In this document: positions 10,201 through 17,404 of the stretch, piece by piece | How positions within the stretch are numbered: position 1 is the stretch's first letter | Layout: every line of letters starts with the position of its first letter | Virus record (IMG/VR): IMGVR_UViG_3300017912_003008 | Coordinates: 1 to 36,418 of that record | Reading direction: 5' to 3' (one strand) | DNA length: 36,418 nucleotides | Source of the DNA: a virus | Lineage: Duplodnaviria > Caudoviricetes | The notes under the pieces: model-generated | Database searches by the model: none | The model's input: only the letters and a program-made list of their open reading frames with translations | Told to the model about the DNA's origin: nothing | Position numbers and translations under genes: made by a program

Positions 10201-10695
10201 TTGATGGATGATAGGTTTACAGGACCGAAACACTTTTGGTCAGCGGTAGCAGTAGACCGACCACGTAAAGAAAAGAACTTGATAGAGAATATTGAGTCTT
10301 ATGCAGACGAAGGTCACTTCTCTACTGAAGAGACGATTGATCATCTTACAACGCTTACGGGGATCTATCCTATTGACTTGGTCATGGACAATTTTACTCG
10401 TGACTCTTTGATGAACAAGGGCTGTCCACCGATCTCCGAGTATGATCCCGAGCTTGTGTTCTGTTGGTTTATTCCAAGAGAGGTGAAGGTTAAGAAGACA
10501 AAGAACGGCAAGAAGTATTTCATCGTATCAGTGACAGATCACAACGGTGCAGATGAGAACATTAAATGTTGGGGTGTAAAGGATACAGACATCATTAGAC
10601 TCAACCGTGTTTACGTTGGCAAGCTCAAGCACGAAGCACGATGGGGATTTAGCACATTTAGTATTCAACATAACTTGAGACTTTTAAGGGGCTAA
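7276..10695 (+). CDS. dnaE: DNA polymerase III alpha subunit (family C)
   Basis: PHP motifs HAHSGLSVFDG, LTDHG, GCEAY, ADSHY; also GRGSAAGSL, catalytic YPDIDFD, KFDLLGL and YGFNLSHA. Confidence 0.96.
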   Translation: MTKRIVSKIPFVGLHAHSGLSVFDGLGMPSEHMDFAYENGLDAHALTDHGHMNGLSFQVEHAKKMLADGRKLKPIFGCEAYFIKSHKKWRQMYEEHKANSKRQKKEDYGMVIEDENASKSKRHNPLNTRRHLVTVAQNHTGLNNLFKLISDSYRPENFYRYPRIDFEMLDKYNEGLIVTSACLGGPLAGDFWQHRESGHQAVLAAMKDTIAQFKEIFGDRFYGEIQWNNIEEQHLVNDFIIQACIEMGVEVVSTADSHYPRPDLWKDREMYKRIGWAGKAPAWEENANLLPESVDDIGYELYPKNGDQMWESYLKYSKQSKIEYSDSYVRDSIERTHHIAFDRIEDFLPSTEVRLPEFVIPEGTTAIQALTKDALAGLKDKELTDQVYVDRLKYELSVIKDRGFAQYFLTMKAISDKAQEDMLVGLGRGSAAGSLLSYVLDITQVDPIKYGLQFERFLTKGGAGYPDIDFDVEEPMELKERLASEWGETTVVPISNFNTLQLRSLIKDIGKFYGVPFTEVNKVTSVMMAEATPKAKAAHGQTAGVYTPTFDEVKEYSETLQAFFEKYPAIATHVDNLFGNVRSVSRHAGGVVVAENLDRHMPLINSGGVMQTPWSEGQNVRHLEPLGFIKFDLLGLSTLRMISGAIRHILKRHHGIEEPTFKQVREFYDKHLHPNVIDFDDQAVWKNIFHEGKWAGIFQMTSGPAQSFCQEAKPESLMDFAAITAIFRPGPLSAKADKMYIANKGNPTQVTYDHPLIEEVLGDTYGLLVFQEQLAMLAHKLGDDFSLDEGNLLRKVLTKKGTGKDKVKDNLYNKFLKGCKDKGLAEDKAKDLWSKMEYFSGYGFNLSHAVSYGAVSFQCAWLAHYYSTEWMAAFLDKEPEKRKMAAINTAKSFGFEIVPASVNKSGMVWEISEDGQKLIQPLTAIKGLGVAAIQQVLDNRPFNTIEEFLFNENITYSKLNKKALDVLVRSKALDELMDDRFTGPKHFWSAVAVDRPRKEKNLIENIESYADEGHFSTEETIDHLTTLTGIYPIDLVMDNFTRDSLMNKGCPPISEYDPELVFCWFIPREVKVKKTKNGKKYFIVSVTDHNGADENIKCWGVKDTDIIRLNRVYVGKLKHEARWGFSTFSIQHNLRLLRG

Positions 10696-10698
10696 GGT

Positions 10699-10708
10699 AC
10701 TATTTACA
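10699..10708 (+). promoter_or_regulatory. Putative phage late-promoter motif ACTATTTACA heading the leader-gene array
   Basis: CTATTTA motif just after the dnaE stop, followed by a GCGCC-gcca-GGCGC hairpin (10719-10732) and an AGGAG RBS. Confidence 0.55.
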
Positions 10709-10748
10709 TTGTATATCTGCGCCGCCAGGCGCTATAGGAGTTATAAAA

Positions 10749-10985
10749 ATGAAAATCACAAAACAACAACTACAGCAAGTTATTAAAGAAGAACTTACCA
10801 AGGCACTCAACGAAGAGTACAGCACACAAATGGAAGTACTGTTCAAAGAGCTTATGCGAGTAGCCCAAGAGATGGGCGCAACGAAAGAGATCATGGATGA
10901 TCTTTTAGCTATGCAGAATCGCCATGGTGGAACAAAGCCAAGTGGTAAGTCTGTTGATGTAGACATAAGCAAGTTGGATATTTAG
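10749..10985 (+). CDS. Hypothetical protein with MKITKQQLQQVIKEE leader
   Basis: AGGAG RBS; shared N-terminal leader. Confidence 0.8.
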   Translation: MKITKQQLQQVIKEELTKALNEEYSTQMEVLFKELMRVAQEMGATKEIMDDLLAMQNRHGGTKPSGKSVDVDISKLDI

Positions 10986-10995
10986 GGGATATAAT

Positions 10996-11367
10996 ATGAA
11001 AGAACTTTTATCAGAGTGGCGCAAGTATATTACAGAGGCTAGATATTCTGGCAACCAGCTTGAGCGACGAGACGAAACTGTCAAGGCACTCCTTAAGATG
11101 CTTGGCTTGGACAGCAACGAAGAGACAGACAAAACGACATATCAATACACTTATGCTCTTAGGACTGTGGCACAAGGAAGGGATCTTGGCGACCGTCAAA
11201 AGGCGATGCTTGCAGATGATCGCTTCAAGGAAGCTACTGGTGAATTTATGAAGCTTAAAAGCGAACTAGAAGAGCAAGACGCTGACCCAGAAATAATCTT
11301 GGACGCCGCAACAATGCTAACCAAAGAGGCAGGCCGTCGTCTACCTGACGAAGATGATTTGGGGTAA
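10996..11367 (+). CDS. Hypothetical protein with variant leader MKELLSEWRKYITE
   Basis: AGGGG RBS; amphipathic N-terminus ending in I-T-E. Confidence 0.75.
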   Translation: MKELLSEWRKYITEARYSGNQLERRDETVKALLKMLGLDSNEETDKTTYQYTYALRTVAQGRDLGDRQKAMLADDRFKEATGEFMKLKSELEEQDADPEIILDAATMLTKEAGRRLPDEDDLG

Positions 11368-11370
11368 AAA

Positions 11371-11547
11371 ATGAAAATCACCAAAGACCAACTGCGAAAG
11401 ATTATTAAAGAAGAGATCTCAGATCGTGACAAAGACACGATGACCGACGTCATAGAGGAACTTAAGAAAGCCGTTCAGGCACACAAGTCCCAGCATGAAA
11501 GATTGCAAGCTATCCTAGACAGACTGGTAGGTAGCGAGGGAGAGTAA
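11371..11547 (+). CDS. 58-aa protein with MKITKDQLRKIIKEE leader (absent from the ORF track)
   Basis: ATG 11371 to TAA 11545-11547 fills the gap exactly: MKITKDQLRKIIKEEISDRDKDTMTDVIEELKKAVQAHKSQHERLQAILDRLVGSEGE. Confidence 0.8.
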   Translation: MKITKDQLRKIIKEEISDRDKDTMTDVIEELKKAVQAHKSQHERLQAILDRLVGSEGE

Positions 11548-11548
11548 G

Positions 11549-11866
11549 ATGAAGATCACAGTAACAGAACTACGAAAGATTATCAAAGAAGAACTCCTCA
11601 AAGAGTTTGGCTCGGAAGAGTACGGACTTCAAACCAAAGAGTTTGAACCTGTCCCAGGATTAGATTTTGATAATCCCAAAGAAGCACAACTTCGCCAGAT
11701 TGTTTCAGATAAACAAAGAGGCAAGGTAGAAGGTGTAATGGTTGACTTATTTTCTGCCTCCGCTATTGTGTCTGTTTTGGACGCCCTTAATGAAACTAAT
11801 AAGGAGAAGTTCTTGAAACTGCCTGTTGACCGAATGGCTGACATCGCATTCAAGATGATGAAATAA
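11549..11866 (+). CDS. Hypothetical protein with MKITVTELRKIIKEE leader
   Basis: Shared leader; cargo contains VDLFSASAIVSVLDALNETNKEKF. Confidence 0.8.
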   Translation: MKITVTELRKIIKEELLKEFGSEEYGLQTKEFEPVPGLDFDNPKEAQLRQIVSDKQRGKVEGVMVDLFSASAIVSVLDALNETNKEKFLKLPVDRMADIAFKMMK

Positions 11867-11867
11867 A

Positions 11868-12095
11868 ATGAAAATCACCAAAGACCAGCTACAGCAAATC
11901 ATCAAAGAAGAACTTCAGATGGAAATGGAAACGCAGGGAGATAAACAAGACGTTCTCTTTGGTTTCATTACTGCTGATCAAACTCTTAGGCTCCTTCTAC
12001 AATACGAAGAGATGTCAGATGAAATGAAGAGTAAGCTAGAAGGTCTTAGGGATCAACTAAAGAAAATGAAAGTTGGCATATTCGGAGAGTTATGA
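11868..12095 (+). CDS. Hypothetical protein with MKITKDQLQQIIKEE leader
   Basis: Shared leader; tightly packed with neighbours. Confidence 0.8.
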   Translation: MKITKDQLQQIIKEELQMEMETQGDKQDVLFGFITADQTLRLLLQYEEMSDEMKSKLEGLRDQLKKMKVGIFGEL

Positions 12096-12394
12096 TAAAA
12101 CTTACTAAAGACCAACTACGTCAAATGATTAGAGAAGCACTCAGCACCGACGATGCGGGCGTGCAGTTCATAGATGAAAAGCAGTCAATCAACATGAAAG
12201 ATGTTGAAATGAAAGAGGCAGTAATTATGAAGCATCTTACAGCCATGTTTGATGAACTAGGCAGAGAAGAACTACCAAAAAGATTCTCAGAAGAGTCTTT
12301 ACTAAAGCCAATTATAGACCGCTACATATCCGCTAGAAGAAATGTACGGGAACCTTATTTTGATAAATTAACAGGGAGAATGAAAAACAAATGA
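12092..12394 (+). CDS. Hypothetical protein with MIKLTKDQLRQMIRE leader
   Basis: Shared leader; ATGA overlaps at both ends. Confidence 0.8.
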   Translation: MIKLTKDQLRQMIREALSTDDAGVQFIDEKQSINMKDVEMKEAVIMKHLTAMFDELGREELPKRFSEESLLKPIIDRYISARRNVREPYFDKLTGRMKNK

Positions 12395-13995
12395 AGATCA
12401 CAGTAACAGAACTACGAAAGATGATCCAAGAGGCCCGAATGGCTGAGTATGGAAAGATTGATGCAGAAGATGGTAACCCACCTTCAAAGATTGGACGAGG
12501 CAACCCAGAGTACATGGAAGCCTACAATGCTGTTCTTGTTGCTAGAGGCGAAGAGCCTCTTGACGTTGTTAAGCCTGACCAAGCCTATCTTGATGCCCTG
12601 CACGGCGGCAGGCTAGGGGGCAAAGAAAAAGTTAAAGAAGCGACAATGGGTGAAGAGCAGTTCGCAGAGCTAGAAGCTGCTCGTGACGCATTTGACGAGA
12701 ACCGAGGAACAGGTCGTGCAATGGACGGCGAGGCTCTCTCTAAATTTATCTCTATGGTTGAGAAGCTTGTTGAGCCAGTCATGATTGACATCGGTCCCTT
12801 CTATTTTGAGATGGAAGCCTTTATGAATCGTGGCGAGCTTGTATTCAACAACAGCAAGCTAGAGATTACTATTGATCCCCTGGGCAAGAAGGATACATAT
12901 GAAGTTGATATCAGCCCACAGTATGGTGCAGAAGATGACGTTCAGCCAATGAAGGCAGCTTTCCCTACTATGAAGGGCGCACTTCAATTTGTTCATGATA
13001 AGGTCGGTGACAAAGATTACTCCCCACAAAGGGCTGGTGAATCACCATACCAGACTGAGCTACCATTAGAGAACAAAATGAAAGTACAAGGTCTAAAAGA
13101 CCTAATCAAAAAGCAAATCCAAGAGTTGCGAAAAGATCGTATGTCTTACTTGCTTAACCTAAATGAAGAAGTCCTAGAGGAAGGTGTCTATGATCCAGGC
13201 ATCCTTAAGGCTGTCTTCACAGCAGGCGGACCAGGCAGCGGCAAGTCATATGTTGCAGATGTGATGTTTGATGCCCGAGAGGCTGGTAAGTCCAAGATGT
13301 TTGACGCTGCCTCGTTTGTCGGTCGCTTCGGTCTTAAGTATGTTAACAGTGATAACCTATTTGAGATTGGTCTAAAGAAGATGGGTATCCCACTTGCTGA
13401 CTTGGGTACCATCTCACAGGCTGCTAAAGAAGGCGGCGAGTACAAAGGAGAAGATGCCAAAGAAGTAGCTGAGAAGATTGGCTTGACTGGCAAGAGAGGT
13501 GATTCAGTCCGAGCTATTGCAAAAGGTAAGCTAGGAAAGTTACAGTCATTCTACACAGCAGGCCGCTTGGGTATGCTGATTGATGGCACTGGTAAAGACT
13601 TTGGCAAGATGGCAAAGAAAAAACAAGCACTAGATGCACTTGGCTATGATACTTACATGATCTTTGTGGATACCTCACTTGAGAACTCGCTAGCTCAGAA
13701 CGCTAAGCGAGAGCGCAAGCTTGACCCAGAAGAAGTTGAAAAGATGTGGACTAGAGTTCAAGCTAACAAAGAGGATTTTCAGGAGCTATTCGGTGTTGAC
13801 AACTTTACAATCGTTGTTAACAATGAACCAGTACCACCAACCAGGGAAGCCACTAGAGCCGTGCAACGATTTGTTGAGGCACCAGTTGCAAACCCACTCG
13901 GTCAAAACTGGATCAATGTTCAGCTAGCTGCTAAGGGCACTTCAGGTGACGCACCTTCAGAAGAAGCTCCAGAAGAAGCTCCAGAAGAAGAGTAA
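12391..13995 (+). CDS. Multidomain protein: leader, unknown modules, and a C-terminal P-loop kinase (zeta-toxin/AAA_33-like)
   Basis: MKITVTELRKMIQE leader; Walker A GGPGSGKS, YVNSD, MLIDGTG, MIFVDTSLE..RER; acidic EEAP-repeat tail. Confidence 0.8.
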   Translation: MKITVTELRKMIQEARMAEYGKIDAEDGNPPSKIGRGNPEYMEAYNAVLVARGEEPLDVVKPDQAYLDALHGGRLGGKEKVKEATMGEEQFAELEAARDAFDENRGTGRAMDGEALSKFISMVEKLVEPVMIDIGPFYFEMEAFMNRGELVFNNSKLEITIDPLGKKDTYEVDISPQYGAEDDVQPMKAAFPTMKGALQFVHDKVGDKDYSPQRAGESPYQTELPLENKMKVQGLKDLIKKQIQELRKDRMSYLLNLNEEVLEEGVYDPGILKAVFTAGGPGSGKSYVADVMFDAREAGKSKMFDAASFVGRFGLKYVNSDNLFEIGLKKMGIPLADLGTISQAAKEGGEYKGEDAKEVAEKIGLTGKRGDSVRAIAKGKLGKLQSFYTAGRLGMLIDGTGKDFGKMAKKKQALDALGYDTYMIFVDTSLENSLAQNAKRERKLDPEEVEKMWTRVQANKEDFQELFGVDNFTIVVNNEPVPPTREATRAVQRFVEAPVANPLGQNWINVQLAAKGTSGDAPSEEAPEEAPEEE

Positions 13996-14003
13996 ATATT
14001 TCC

Positions 14004-14031
14004 TTTACAAATAAACTAACTGTGCTATTCT
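14004..14031 (+). promoter_or_regulatory. Sigma70-like promoter with extended -10
   Basis: TTTACA (14004-14009), 16 nt spacer, TGcTATTCT; upstream context ATATTTCCTT shared with the promoter at 33114. Confidence 0.5.
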
Positions 14032-14055
14032 GTTTGTATAAAAATAGGAGAGTTC

Positions 14056-14334
14056 ATGGACAAGAAGCACCGAAAGAAGCTTAAGCGTAAAGCTAAGGCT
14101 AAGAGTTTGAAACAAAAGTCTGAGGAAGCTCAGAAGAAACTACAGAAAAGAATCAATCTATTTGAGAAGTTGCCAGAGCAATGCTCTGCATGTAACAATA
14201 ACTTTCCTAAAACAAGGGAGTCACATATGACGTGGAAAGTAGTCGTTAGGTCAGGCAGTGAAATGGTCAGGTTATTCTGTCCTGACTGTCAGAGCAAAGT
14301 CACTGACTTTGTGGGAGAACAAGATGAAGTTTAA
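14056..14334 (+). CDS. Basic Zn-ribbon protein
   Basis: AGGAG RBS; Lys-rich N-terminus; CSAC...CPDC. Confidence 0.75.
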   Translation: MDKKHRKKLKRKAKAKSLKQKSEEAQKKLQKRINLFEKLPEQCSACNNNFPKTRESHMTWKVVVRSGSEMVRLFCPDCQSKVTDFVGEQDEV

Positions 14335-15364
14335 TCAAGCAGTAACCTATGATGATATGCTTCTCATCCCTCAGTATAGTAATATTGAGAGCAGGAGTGA
14401 GGTAGACTTGAGTAACGAATTGTCCAGTAACGTTACACTGGATTTACCAATCCTGTCTGCCCCAATGGACACAGTGTGTGAGGGAGAGATGGCAATTGCT
14501 ATGGCACGTAACGGTGGCATGGGAATCATCCATCGCTACAACAGTATTGATGAGCAAGTGAGGCTAGCCAGAGAAGTCTTTGATCGTGGCGAGCATTCCT
14601 TTGCTGCTGCTGTTGGGGTTACTGGGGATTATCAAGAACGAGCATCGTCGCTTGTAGACATCGGTGTTAGCACATTGTGTCTAGATGTTGCCCATGGTCA
14701 CCACATCCTAATGAAGAATGCACTAGAGCACCTAAGGGCAAAGTTTGGCAGCGCAGTCACACTGATCGCAGGTAACGTCTGTACGCTAGAGGGTGTCAAC
14801 GACCTAGCAGACTGGGGTGCTGATGCTGTCCGAGCAAACATCGGCGGTGGTAGTATTTGTTCAACTCGCATTGTTACGGGTCATGGCCTACCAGGGTTAC
14901 AGACTATCTTTGACTGCGCTCGTACTGATCGTGACGTTGCAATCATTGCCGATGGTGGCATCAAGACCTCTGGGGATATTGTTAAGGCTCTAGCTGCTGG
15001 GGCTGACTTTGTAATGTGTGGCTCCCTTTTGGCAGGAACCGAAGAGAGCCCAGGGCAAGTTATTACAATGCCCGATGGCAGCCGTATGAAAGAGTACCGA
15101 GGTATGGCATCTAAGGATGCCCAGATGAACTGGCGTAACAAGTCGTCTACTCCAGAGGGTGTTGCTTCTTACATTCCATACAAAGGGAAAGTAAAAGACA
15201 TTCTAGCTGATCTAGAAGGTGGTCTGCGCAGCGGCTTGTCTTACTCAGGTGCTCGCACTATTCAAGAACTACAATCAAACGCTGTATGGTCACAACAGAC
15301 ATCAGCAGGAACAATTGAAAGCGGTACCCATATTCTTACCGCCCAGAATGGACGGAAGAAATAA
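14324..15364 (+). CDS. guaB: IMP dehydrogenase / GMP reductase family, lacking CBS domains
   Basis: [31 protein letters not shown] (catalytic Cys), ADGGI, YRGMAS, PEGV. Start moved to ATG 14324 (GGGAG RBS). IMPDH versus GMPR not resolved. Confidence 0.85.
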   Translation: MKFNQAVTYDDMLLIPQYSNIESRSEVDLSNELSSNVTLDLPILSAPMDTVCEGEMAIAMARNGGMGIIHRYNSIDEQVRLAREVFDRGEHSFAAAVGVTGDYQERASSLVDIGVSTLCLDVAHGHHILMKNALEHLRAKFGSAVTLIAGNVCTLEGVNDLADWGADAVRANIGGGSICSTRIVTGHGLPGLQTIFDCARTDRDVAIIADGGIKTSGDIVKALAAGADFVMCGSLLAGTEESPGQVITMPDGSRMKEYRGMASKDAQMNWRNKSSTPEGVASYIPYKGKVKDILADLEGGLRSGLSYSGARTIQELQSNAVWSQQTSAGTIESGTHILTAQNGRKK

Positions 15365-15636
15365 TGGATCAGAGGCATATGGTTGGCACTACAATTTGTT
15401 ATAGTTTCTTTGAGCGAACAAAGAAAAGCTGCGATAAGAGTAAGTGCAGGCACTGGATCAATTACGAAGATGATTCAAACTGTTCTATTGTCTGTGCAAA
15501 TAAAAACCCTGGTGGTTTAACCCTGCGAGATGTAGCAGAAAGGCTACAAATCAGCTTCCCTAGAGTCAAGCAGATCCAAGATAAAGCCATACAAAAGGCA
15601 GCCAAAAGAGGACTTTTTGACTTCATGGAGGAATAA
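15364..15636 (+). CDS. Small Cys-rich protein with a sigma70 region-4-like HTH
   Basis: LTLRDVAERLQISFPRVKQIQDKAIQK resembles sigma region 4.2; five Cys in the N-terminal half. Confidence 0.75.
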   Translation: MDQRHMVGTTICYSFFERTKKSCDKSKCRHWINYEDDSNCSIVCANKNPGGLTLRDVAERLQISFPRVKQIQDKAIQKAAKRGLFDFMEE

Positions 15637-15649
15637 TACTATTTCTGTA

Positions 15650-15659
15650 ACTATTTATA
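15650..15659 (+). promoter_or_regulatory. Putative phage late-promoter motif ACTATTTATA
   Basis: Intergenic; followed by a small hairpin (GTTGGTC-aga-GACCAGC) and an AAGGAG RBS. Confidence 0.55.
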
Positions 15660-15711
15660 AACAGTTGGTCAGAGACCAGCATATTGTTTCTTTTCAACAA
15701 GGAGAATACTA

Positions 15712-16266
15712 ATGACAAAGAATGATAAACTACTAAACGAGCAGACACTTCGCCGCTGGGCAAAGCTAGCTGACATTTCCGTTATTAATCAGGATCTTTT
15801 GATCAGTGAGGATGTGGATACAGAAACCGAGGAAACAACCGAGGAAGAAACTGTAACTGAAAGCACTGATACAGAAGAGGAAGAAGAAGTCACTGAAGAG
15901 GCTATTGAAGAAGAGCCAGTCATTGAGCTTACTGAAGAAGACGACATGCCAGGAGAAGAAGGCATGGAAGACATGGAAGTAGACGCTGACGAAGGCGCTG
16001 AAGAAAACGATGTTGTCATGGCAGTGCTTAAGGCCCTAGCACCATTTGGTGTTGAGATGGACGATGACGAAGCAGAAGGCGAAATGGAAATGGAGCCAGA
16101 AGCTGAAGAAGATCCAGCTATGGACCACCCAATGAAGGACGAAGATCCAGCTATGTACGACGACCCAGCAATGGGCGACAGCTACAATCGTCAGGACGAG
16201 GAAGAACTCACCGAGGCAGTCCTTAAGCGTGTCCTTAAGCGCATCAGCGAACTTAACGACAAGTAA
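15712..16266 (+). CDS. Highly acidic low-complexity protein, possible prohead core/scaffold-like
   Basis: Very Glu/Asp-rich with many x-T-E and (I/L)-x-E sites; terminal helices LLNEQTLRRWAKLA and LTEAVLKRVLKRI; DPAM repeats. The role is inferred. Confidence 0.7.
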   Translation: MTKNDKLLNEQTLRRWAKLADISVINQDLLISEDVDTETEETTEEETVTESTDTEEEEEVTEEAIEEEPVIELTEEDDMPGEEGMEDMEVDADEGAEENDVVMAVLKALAPFGVEMDDDEAEGEMEMEPEAEEDPAMDHPMKDEDPAMYDDPAMGDSYNRQDEEELTEAVLKRVLKRISELNDK

Positions 16267-16292
16267 ATAACATTCTTTGTTGAAGAAAGGAA

Positions 16293-16337
16293 GAAGAGGT
16301 ACGAGTCTGGTCGGGCTTGTATCTCTTTTTCTATTTT
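16293..16337 (+). terminator. Probable intrinsic terminator
   Basis: AAGAGGTACGAGTCT-ggtc-GGGCTTGTATCTCTT stem with several G-U pairs, followed by a T-rich run. Confidence 0.6.
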
Positions 16338-16679
16338 ATGTCCGTAATACAGCAGATACTAGATACGCTTAAACTAATCAAAGATGATGGTCACCTTGTT
16401 GACGCCAGTAAATACTTCTTATCAAAACGTGTGCTAGAGATAGCTTACGATAAAATACACAGAGAAGGGCTTGACAGCAGATCAATTACACCTTATATTA
16501 CAGCTATATTAGATTATCGTGCAGGTAAGTGCGACATACAGATAATAAAAGATAAACAAACAAATGAATATGAAGTATATTGGCAAAGGGTAGAGAAAGG
16601 AACACCTGATGAACCACAGACAACTAATGCAAACACTGATGGCACCAAAGAAGAAGACCACCAGCAAGACGAGGAGTAA
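16338..16679 (+). CDS. Hypothetical protein
   Basis: ORF from ATG 16338; the upstream TTG start lies inside the hairpin. Confidence 0.65.
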   Translation: MSVIQQILDTLKLIKDDGHLVDASKYFLSKRVLEIAYDKIHREGLDSRSITPYITAILDYRAGKCDIQIIKDKQTNEYEVYWQRVEKGTPDEPQTTNANTDGTKEEDHQQDEE

Positions 16680-17385
16680 GAAGAAAGACAAGGAGGAACT
16701 GGCACCCGCAGAGGATGAGTTTGAAATCATCTCCGTTGAGGATATGACAGAGGACGAGATCCGAGAGGTAGTTCCTAACCTAATCCAGCTTGAGATGGAG
16801 AAGTCAACCCCAAGAGCAATTAACTTTTGTGGCGACCTGAATGAAGAGTCAGCTTCTGCAATCATCTCTGCTATGATCTACCACAACCACAACAACAAGC
16901 TGGTTATGATCAACGAGCAGCAGACAAAGCAGTATCATGCTGTCAGACCAATGCAGTTCTACATCTCTACTTTCGGTGGCAGTGCTGCTGATATGTTTGG
17001 CATCCATGATCTAATGGTTTCAATGCGTGAATCAACGCCTATTGAAACAGTAGGCTTGGGCAAGGTAATGTCAGCAGGCGTGCTGCTGCTAGCATCAGGC
17101 GCAGAGAACAGTCGCTTCATTGGTGAGAACACAAGAGTTATGATTCACTCTTTGCGTGCTGGACATGCTGGTGCTATGCACGAACTGGAAACTGAGTATG
17201 AAGAAACAAAGTGGTTGCAAGACCAATACATCCAGGCTCTAAGCAAGGTGACTAACATGAGCAAGCGGATGATTAAGAAGATGATGGAGAGAAAAACAAA
17301 TGTTTACATTAATGCTGAGCAAGCTATTGAGTTTGGTATCGCAGACAAGATCCTTAAGCCTAGTTACTGGAGCGAAGGCGAGTAG
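16609..17385 (+). CDS. clpP: ClpP-family protease subunit
   Basis: FYISTFGGS, GLGKVMSAG (Ser), RVMIHS (His), YINAEQAIEFGIADKI. True start uncertain (16609, 16627 or 16639). Confidence 0.88.
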   Translation: MNHRQLMQTLMAPKKKTTSKTRSKKKDKEELAPAEDEFEIISVEDMTEDEIREVVPNLIQLEMEKSTPRAINFCGDLNEESASAIISAMIYHNHNNKLVMINEQQTKQYHAVRPMQFYISTFGGSAADMFGIHDLMVSMRESTPIETVGLGKVMSAGVLLLASGAENSRFIGENTRVMIHSLRAGHAGAMHELETEYEETKWLQDQYIQALSKVTNMSKRMIKKMMERKTNVYINAEQAIEFGIADKILKPSYWSEGE

Positions 17386-17404
17386 CCAAGAAGAGGAGAA
17401 GAAA

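Larger units (their letters stand above)
11368..11887 (+). repeat. Exact 23-bp direct repeat AAAATGAAAATCACCAAAGACCA
   Basis: Copies at 11368-11390 and 11865-11887, each spanning a start codon. Confidence 0.9.
11549..12422 (+). repeat. Exact 32-bp direct repeat ATGAAGATCACAGTAACAGAACTACGAAAGAT
   Basis: Copies at 11549-11580 and 12391-12422, each starting at a start codon. Confidence 0.9.

Noticed and set aside
188-10695. Inteins or introns in nrdJ or dnaE
   Set aside because: Lengths are ordinary, motifs are in the normal order, and I saw no splice-junction or homing-endonuclease signature.
10745-12422. Leader repeats as a CRISPR array or integron attC sites
   Set aside because: The repeats are coding, degenerate, non-palindromic and irregularly spaced by whole genes. 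No cas or integrase gene is present in the window.
13958-13990. 12-bp tandem repeat CAGAAGAAGCTC (about 2.7 copies)
   Set aside because: It encodes a low-complexity EEAP tail in frame, most simply ordinary slippage.
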